Assembly (NCBI GenBank): GCA_977030845.1
Contig: OZ365112.1
Coordinates: 17,918,001 to 17,982,000, forward strand
Length of the DNA stretch: 64,000 bases
Direction: 5' to 3'
Source: Fimbriosthenelais zetlandica
Taxonomy: Eukaryota
In this document: piece after piece, positions 55,517-64,000 of the stretch
How positions within the stretch are numbered: position 1 is the stretch's first letter
Layout: each line of letters begins with the position of its first letter
Position numbers and translations under genes: made by a program
The notes under the pieces: model-generated
What the model was told of the DNA's origin: nothing
What the model saw: only the letters and a program-made list of their open reading frames with translations
Databases searched by the model: none

Positions 55517-56733
55517 CTGGATGCAAAAAACAAGCACTTCGTCCTGGCTTTTATGGAAGAGGCCTTTTTCACGAGCCGCGAACCTGGGGAAATATTTGTC
55601 TCATGCTTGATTAAATCCCAGCCACTGGCCTTTGTCAAGTGAAGGACCCTCTGCTTTACCTCTTCTCGGAAGGTTTTACATCTGGGAATTATCTTTATGG
55701 CTGATTGCTCGATGGGATTTAAGATTCCTGTTTGTTTTCACTAACCACGCCTTTCTCCTCCACAATGAGAAATCAAACATGAATGCAGGGTTATCTTCAC
55801 CATCATAACTCGCAGACCACAGCTCCATGTTCAAACCTGCCTTTCATTCCGCTAACATTGAACACTCTCCCTTCACATTTACATTTCCCTCTGGAGTGAG
55901 AGGGCCTCTAAGTCATTGAGATCTAAATCAGTAGAAGATGACAGGAAATTTCCAATGCTCAAATCACAGCCTGGAAAAGCAGGACACGAAGACGTGAATT
56001 TTGTTGCCAATTTGCATGTCACTGGTATTAAGCCAGGAAGGTCAGCTAATGTCACGCACCACACTGAGCCACCCTGACATGAGAACAAATAAGGAGTAGG
56101 CCAATCAACAAGCTGCCTGCTTGTAAACAAGGATGATAAAGGAGGCTGACTACACTGTCAGTGATATATACATTTACCTCCTCATTTCAAGCACGTTTAG
56201 ACCTGCCTCCTCACTTCCAAGCAGGTGCTCAAACGATCCAGATGATTGGTGGTTCGGTCCCCCAGACATTACCAGCCACCATGGCAACTCCTTCGCAGCT
56301 GGGCAGTCAGAAATTCAGACATGGTGTGCTTTAGAGTCAAGAAGTAGGGGGAAGGGAATGGCAAGAGGGGGTTTCACTGGTCAAGATATTGAGGGACGGA
56401 CAGGCTTCCAAGACATTGGGTCGAGGGTGAATTCTTAAGCCTCTGAGTAAGGCCCAGGGCTGACCTATCAACCGTCAAAGAGATTAGAATGGCGAGTGAA
56501 AGCCTTTTGAAAAAGCCAAGACGGTGGCAGGGATTGGGCATGAGTTTACCTCCCCGGTGGTTTGCATTGGTCTATGTGTTCAGGGACATGGCTGGATCTC
56601 GGGGGAAATGTGGGGATCGTGTCACGACCTCAGGATGCAACAAGATGATACTTGTGCTGAGTAATGATCCATGACAAAATAGTGCAAGGCATCTTCTTAC
56701 CCTGAGATGAAGGGCTGCTACGTCTGGCCATGT
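55517..56733 (-). CDS. Putative unannotated multi-exon gene, unknown product; exons 56733-56701 (ATG at 56731), 56298-56178, 56119-55883, 55583-55517; 3' exons unresolved
   Basis: Four open segments with canonical acceptors and donors (tttttatag/G|gtaaga, ctgcccag/GAG|gtaaat, gtttacaag/AT|gtaaat, tttccccag/CAG|gtaaac) chain in phase 1-2-2-0. They give MARRSSPSSQAAKELPWWLVMSGG...LEALSLQREMFAAREKGLFHKSQDEVLVFCIQ. No family was confidently recognised. Confidence 0.5.
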
Positions 56734-59640
56734 CTATAAAAAGATACATGATGAGGCACTGCAAACTGCTGGAGAATAGGCTATGGATTTGGCTCCTGGC
56801 TGAAGCATATTCCTTCTCACTACATGATTATTGTACACTTAGTTACATTTTGTTCAAGAGATAGATGTATGTTTATAAGAATTGACTTTGTATCCTTTAC
56901 CATCATTTCTACATTGTGGTTGGTTGGAATGATGAATGTTGGTAAAAAGATATCCATTGAATACACCAATGTACACGACCATTTCTGACTATCCTCCTTT
57001 AACAAAGCCTCTGATATTAGCATTATAGACGTGCGTTGTGTGTCTCCTTTGTGTAACATTCATTAATTGTAAAAGGGCATGATTGGTCCTGTACAATAGA
57101 GCAGGCCGAGACAGAGTCTGCCATCAGTAGGCTTTCATTCAGCATTTAAACAATGGCACAACAGTCAAGCAGATAGAAAGCATCACAAACTCCTTATAAT
57201 AATCAATCTAAGAAAGCTACAGTATAGTCACTGTGCATTGCCTATTCAATCTCATACAATTAGTTTACGTTTTCGCAATGAAAGCCTCCATCAAACGCTT
57301 TTGCCAACATTAGATTATGTCGTGATAATCGGCTCACATTTCAGGGCCTGTCCCTGTCTTAGCCTCCTATGTTGCATTACACTGCATGACCTTCGTATGT
57401 CCCTTTAGGAATCGACTTCATATGATTTGGATACCAAAACTGGGTTTGACTAATTTCACTTGGCTACCAGAATTAGGCTCCTTAATTAAATTCTTAATGA
57501 GCTAAAATTGGTATCAATATTTAATTGCTCTTGCATTTGGTACTGCAAGTTGGAGCAGATTTGTAATTGCAGGCTCAAAGTTTTTCTACCTAATTTGACT
57601 TTTATTAATTAACGGCTCAATTTATATTGCTTAATTTGTTGGTTGTGGTGCTACATTGAGTGGTATAGGGCCTATCTCACAGTCTAATAAACCGATTTGT
57701 GCCATAAAGTTAATGTTGGTCCTCAGATTTTCCATCTATAGTCTCCCAATCCTTTATGACCAAAGTTGCCATCGGGGGTACTATCAGGTCCGTCTGACAA
57801 TTGCCTTCTGTACGTTCGTCAGTCCCTTTACAGGACAAGCAGAATATGTCATCCCTCCCTAACAAGCTTGTACATATATATGTTTCATTCAGCTTACTAT
57901 AGCTGTAAAGAAAGACATAGAACCAGAACAAGCATCGGTCTTCACCAAATTCGTCCCAGAAGTATTCATTAGTGAAAATGTCTTTGGTCAATTCTCTCTG
58001 GTCAAATCATTGATATTGTACCAATACATACATACATATACACTTCTAAGTGCCAGACGATTGTAGATCAATCGGTCTTCTGAAGAATATGATTAATTCA
58101 TGTGGAATTTTAGAAGAACCAGAAAGTGTCCTTTTAAAATTTGAAAAAAATGGTCTGTGTGGCAAATCTTCAATGTCAGATTCATGCTATTAGATAGGTC
58201 AGTCTAGCAAGGGTTGGCAAAGGAACGGTTTCAAAGCCTCAAATGATAATCTATGACCTTTTTCCTTTTAGGGTTTTTTGACTAATGAGTAGCAATAAAG
58301 GTCAATGGAAATGACTCAGCTATCACCTGTAGATATCTGTGCCAGGTGTTCCCTTTGCCTTAGGCTAGCTGCTCCGAAGAGTTCAGTATCTGCTTATTCC
58401 ACAGTTAATTTGACTTTCTAGATCCGATTGTCCAAAAAATGGAATGGCGGGACATTAATTCCCACTAACACACCTTCTTCTAATTCACATACTACAGTAT
58501 AGTAATTTAGTTTCTTCACTTTAGTTGCTTAGACATGCCTCAACTTCATGTCCAGCGTATTAGTGTTATATTTTGAATGCCTGTCAACAAAGGCTATATA
58601 GATGCTTTCACTTGCTGTCCTTTAGTGTCGAGTCCTTTCAGTTCTCGGTTGCAAGGGGCGATCAATAAGTTCATGCTTCATTGGGTCACTTTATGTGAGG
58701 ACCATGCACGCAGTCGATTCTGAAGTAACTAAGAACTGAACCCAGCCTCACTATGTGTTGTAACAAGGAGGACTCAGAGATGTTGGATACTCCCGTGCAG
58801 ACTATCCAATCTTTGGTTCAAATTCATGCATAAATTTTCAAATTCCGCATCTGAGTTCAAACAGAAAATATCTGTACTTAATTTCAGGAAAGTTGTAGGT
58901 ACCCAATCTAATTACTAAGAATCAGTTAGAGCTACCAGACCGATGAAAACTTGAAGAAGCAAGCATTCACTTTGTCCCACCAAGACCAGTGTATGTGATA
59001 GTGCTATGTAAAGAGATGCCCAAGACAAGAGTGTCAGCACGGCAAAAAGACGAGAAGAAGCAAGAGAGCGTCTGGGAGCGGTGAAAGGCTCTGCCCTTAT
59101 TGATTGTGGTTTAGATGCCTCAAGATATTTCAGGAGAGGGAGAGGTGATAGGTTCATGTAGGTGCCAACCCTCCAGCTTAGCGACTCGCTGCTAAAACAT
59201 TTAAAGCCAACTGACACATGTGTAAACCACTGCCTTCAGTTAACGGACTACTGGTTTGTTTGATAAGGTAATACCTGAGTGGCTTTCAATAATGCTGACC
59301 TGAAAACCTTCTCACACCAGCCACTTGAGAGGTGATAGATGTATTCAGTGTTGAGAGGGTAAATGCTTAATGTCAACTTTGCTAAAACCAATCTCCCAAA
59401 TAACCTTACATCACAGTGTCAACTCATTTTAAGATAAAAATATAATAATTTATACCATGAACTATGAATTTATGAACAAAATTTTGCTTGTGTCCACTAA
59501 AGCCACTAGCCAGTATACTTTACTGATAGCTCAGGTATATCCTCTCACACATAAATATCGAGTAGAGAGGATTTGTTTAGCCAAAACCTGCCCTTTTTCT
59601 CTCCTTCTTCCACAAGCAGCACGGGTGGATAAAGCCTTAC

Positions 59641-59760
59641 GCGCAAAACAAGTGTGATAGGTATAAAAACCTGGAACCAAACTGCTCGTGACGTAGGCAA
59701 CAAGCAGACGACCAATGAAATGACAAACACTTTGCCTCCCACGTGGTGAGCTACGTCATT
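59641..59760 (-). promoter_or_regulatory. Promoter-like motif cluster and candidate non-coding first exon of the 54-57 kb gene
   Basis: TGACGT (59689) fused to an X-box half site AGGCAAC, plus CCAAT (59712), CACGTG (59740) and ACGTCA (59753). A minus-strand donor GC|gtaagg lies at 59641/40. Confidence 0.4.
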
Positions 59761-60209
59761 TCCTATACTGCATGGTGCCAGTAGTTCCCTGTGGCTATTT
59801 TTAGGAGATATTTTCATGAAAGAGATGATGAACTCGTGGGATTGTCCGCTACACATAGTGAGTCAGAGGGTAGGAGCGTGAAATCAAGATCTGGGGCCAT
59901 CTTGTGAGGCTCCTCCTCTCTAATGATAGGTCATATTATTGCTGACGTGAGTGGATCTGTCTGCGTCATCTTTAAACCTAAAGTTTCTTTTAGAAGAACC
60001 ATAGAAATATCACCATCTCATGTTTAATTCCAATTGACCCGAGTATAATACTCCGATAAGTTCACATTATGGAGATATTAAGTGGCTCGAAAAACATGAA
60101 GTTTGTCACTACCATGTCATTGCATCAGGCATCGGAAGTTGTCTTCACAAACCTCATTAAGTTCTATCACGTTTATTGTATGGTTGGTTAACAATGTGTT
60201 TCTATGACA

Positions 60210-60222
60210 GTTACATGGTAAC
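60210..60222. promoter_or_regulatory. RFX X-box-like palindrome (GTTACATGGTAAC)
   Basis: 13-bp variant of GTTACCATGGTAAC, about 0.5 kb upstream of the 59.7 kb motif cluster. Confidence 0.4.
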
Positions 60223-63200
60223 GATGTCCGGTGTTTAGGACTAACAGTGTTGATGACTTTGATATATATTTTCTACATGTCATTTATCTGGAGTTCTTTT
60301 TCACGACATGTGTTCTTGTGTCATTATCACTGGTTGATTAAATTGGACACTGTCACAGATCTGGCTGTTAGGGCCATGTCTTATCCGACAAATAAGTATT
60401 GACATACATTAAGTCCTCTTCAGAGCATATTATATGCATTGCTTCTACAATCATGTATGATAACGATGTTGAAGATAGTATTATTGGAAATCTATAATAC
60501 AATGATAGTTACCATCGTGAAAACTGAGAGGACCCGAGAAACAAACCCGAACCTTGAATATTGACCAATGACAGCAGGTTCAAAAGGTGAATATCTTGAC
60601 TTCGCCTGGTTCAATTTCGAATTGATGAACTTGATACCATATTTCGCTACCCGTATGGATTACAATTTAAGCATCCCAATCCAAGCATAGAAGCGTAGGT
60701 AGTGCAGTTGCCCGAGAAATATATTCACTCCCTAACAAGGTGAAATTGTCGGTGAAATTGTCTTGGATTGATCAACCAACCTTCTGATCATTAGTCCACT
60801 GGAAACCCCATTCCGAGTATGAGCATATAATACTCAAACCAGATACTAGCTTACCCCACTTGTACATGAATTGTTCAATTATTTCCCACCTGGAAAATTG
60901 TTTTTTTTATACTTACACGTACGTATTACCTAAAATGATAAAAGCATATTTTTGTCCAACTTTGTTGGCAGACAAACAGGAGGCAGGCCTCCATGAATGC
61001 CATCTCTGATTAACGACCCTTTAATCCCCACATTCATTAAGTGTTATCTCTTCCTCATCCATCTAGATGAACATCCATGAGACATCGTTTCCAATCACGA
61101 TACCTCCTCAATAGGCTCACATAACTACAATGAAAGCAGGTTTTATCCCATTTCTTATTCCAAATGTTTTATGTCAAATTGTTTCCCAGGGGAGAGTTTG
61201 TTGATACCCCATCTGTACCAATTCCATGTATTTTAGAATAAAAAATAGCCGATATTTGCCAAAGACATCCCTGGTGTATATACTTATCTCTACAAAACAT
61301 ATGGATATTTCTTCTGTCATTTCTACATCATTCAAATGTACCATCTCGCCCATCATATTATTATTATATTCATTTCTGTGGCAGCTTTATCCATGACATG
61401 GTATTGTCCTTTTTCTGCTACCCTTGGGATAGCTGATAAGGACGCTTCGTCTGGCACCCACTGCTATCAATGTGGTGGTCGATGATATTTGAGTTATTAA
61501 TAATCTTCTCCACAAACTCATACCACAGACTACAGCCATTAAACTGCTCTATCAGTAATAACCACTGTGAACCTTCCTGACAGGTCTTTGCTTCCAATCC
61601 ATAATATCCTCACGTAGGCCTACCCCTCAATTATAGGTCTGTCCTTGATGCAATGTGAAGAGATTTTAAAAATCTTACATGTTACATACTACCTTGAAAT
61701 GAAAGTGTCATTGGAGATATAATTGATCCTTTCGTGGGGGTCTGTCATTTTTGTGGCTTTCCTTTACCAAACTCATTCAAAACCTGCCCCAAAAAAATCA
61801 CTTGTAGCGATTAGTGTCGTGCAATTTCAGAGATTTTCTCTGAGTGAATCTCCTCCTTTCAATGTTCCAGAGCAAATTGGTTCAACACAATGCGCTTCTG
61901 TTGCCGTATTCTCTTAGCATTTTCATGTTCCGCTCTGAAAAGAATAACAGGGATCAAATAAAAAGATTCCGCTAACACTCCAGCATTAAAATGCCCTGTC
62001 AAGCATTGACTGACCCTCCCCCATTGATCCGTTCATATTCAGGGTTCTCCTGTGTTGTCCAGTCTTCCTAAATTCTAAAATGTTGTAATATATGTCGTTT
62101 CAGAAAGTGATATATATGTATTGTTTTGTAATTAAGTGACATCTAGGCCTTGATCGGAAGTGTCATTCTCTCTTGTGATGACAGCATATTTGTCAACATG
62201 GTCATCAAGTTTCTATTATTACACTTGTTCAGATGCGTCTCCTTGTGGGGGTGGGTAAATGATATAAACGATTATTTATCCTTGACATAAGAATGGTCAC
62301 GTACACTTTGGCAGATGGTTTTACATTATGTAATCATTACCTTACAGGATGATCTTTTCGGCATTGTGGTTTTGAAGCATTAGTTTATGATGTGCAATTT
62401 CTTTTCATGTTAAATCATAAATTTTACCGCAAACACGACAAAGGCTATTAGGCTTTATCTTGGATCAGAATTTGAAAAGCCAGATTCGTAATGGGCAAAT
62501 CCCAAATAGTCCACTTAACTCTTTTGGAAAATGTAATTTCAAATTACATCTTGTGTCAAACTTAATACGAAAGCTATAAATCCTATACAATCATCGTTTT
62601 CTTATTTCCAACAACACCATGCATGTGAGTGGCTGCTTCAAAAATTGATTGACTAATAACGTAAATGCTATTAAAAACTAAGGTTTTATTGTGGTGTAAA
62701 GGGCATGTTGGCAGTCAGCTTGCAGGGTTATACAATGAGTCTTTAACACATTTGATGATAGAAATCCCCTTTTCATCTTTTTCCATGAATAAGTAAGTGT
62801 TGTTCATTCACAGTGAAGACACCAACCTGTATGTGTTTCACTTCTGTATACCTTCGCTGTTTACTAAGTATAGGATACATATGGGCTCATATGTGTGGAT
62901 GTGGCTGACAGACTAATGTCTGCAGGAGCTTTGATGACAAATAATGGCATTATATATTCTAAAGGTTAAGTGTTGATAGTCTCAGCGCTAAGCAAAAGTT
63001 TTTCATATATAGACTATTGGAGACATACTTTCAGAGAAATATAGATGATACATATATATATTTTATAATGTTCACCTCAAAAGTCTGTGTAACATATAAA
63101 GATCATTATAAATATGAAGGTTCAGTAGTGGTCTTGTTTTCCGAGCAGTAATACTGCATCTTACCAATAAGACTGCATCCTTTGATGATGAGGCTTGCCT

Positions 63201-64000
63201 TTTGGTGGTATATACCTGTGAAACGCCTTCCTAAAATCTAGGAAAAGGACCCATGGCCATTGAGATTTAAAGTTATGTTTAAAATTAACCCATGCTCATA
63301 GGTTATTTTTGAGATAATTAATTTTATTAATCCAACTGGGATTGTTGTTGCTGTCTCGACTTCCCACAGAACTTGGATATGCTACTGAACAGTTACTGGC
63401 GATATGTATGGTAGTGATGCTACTAATTTCTATACGGCCCCATTTAATGTATGCAAATGAAATATGTATATGCTTGATTGTTTCTGAACCTGTCTTTGTA
63501 CTCACTCTCGGCCCGTGTCAACCATTAGTGGGAAATGTTAAGAGGACTGGTATGAGTGCCATGTGAGATTTAAATATATAACCTTGTGAGCAGCTCAGAA
63601 TGCTTTTGCTCGGATATCCTGGCGGAAATATGTTGTTTGAACGATTCCGGTCCACACCAACTATGCATGGTCAATGAAGGCAAGTCAATCAATGAAAAGG
63701 ATCCTTGTCTTCACTGCAATTTTCCTCCCTGGATTTCGGCGCTGGCCACGTTGCTAACATGCATACATGTATATAAAGGGGGGAATATAAAGTGGGAGGA
63801 AGGAAACGGCTTGGAATGCTTTCTATTGTCCACTCCTGTCAAGGGCCATAAAAGGCACCCATGTCCAAGCTGCATTGACTTCAAATCTAATTAAATAGTG
63901 GTATTCTATACACAGTGTCATTCTGGGAACATGTTATTAAGAACGCCATCAATATATTCAAATGAGTTCTGAAAAGTATAGATCGAGGTGATATATCAAG

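Noticed and set aside
54487-56700. Plus-strand L1 ORF2 relic suggested by fragments such as LEKAFIWMR, QQRVYYGHEK and YLDAKNK
   Set aside because: Motif matches and spacing are poor; the phase-consistent minus-strand exons with canonical splice sites explain the region better.
1-64000. tRNA, rRNA, SINE heads, CRISPR arrays, or a recoded stop codon explaining interrupted frames
   Set aside because: No A/B-box cloverleaf, rRNA signature or spaced direct-repeat array was seen. The real genes terminate normally at TGA and TAA, so the code is standard.

Overview
Intron-rich animal genomic DNA, most likely a lophotrochozoan (mollusc/annelid-like, judged from the NPF and nAChR sequences). No prokaryotic features, RNA genes or CRISPR arrays were seen. 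Three loci are well supported. (1) A minus-strand locus (28-18858) with a complete C17orf98/SPMAP1-like module at its 3' end, three more divergent SPMAP1-like repeats upstream, and five basic W-R-K motifs resembling calmodulin-binding peptides. I could build one contiguous in-frame splice model from 15663 to 28 (674 aa); the link to the two 5'-most repeats is unresolved. (2) A 7-coding-exon nicotinic acetylcholine receptor alpha subunit (20791-25536, minus, 644 aa) with a cation-type M2, atypical binding-site aromatics and RFX X-box matches upstream. (3) A neuropeptide F precursor (48294-48955, plus, 100 aa) with TATA box and non-coding first exon. There is also a probable unannotated multi-exon gene on the minus strand at about 54.2-59.7 kb. 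The 27-47 kb and 50-53 kb intervals look like decayed transposon-derived DNA, and calls there are weak. All homology statements are from memory of the families; no searches were run.
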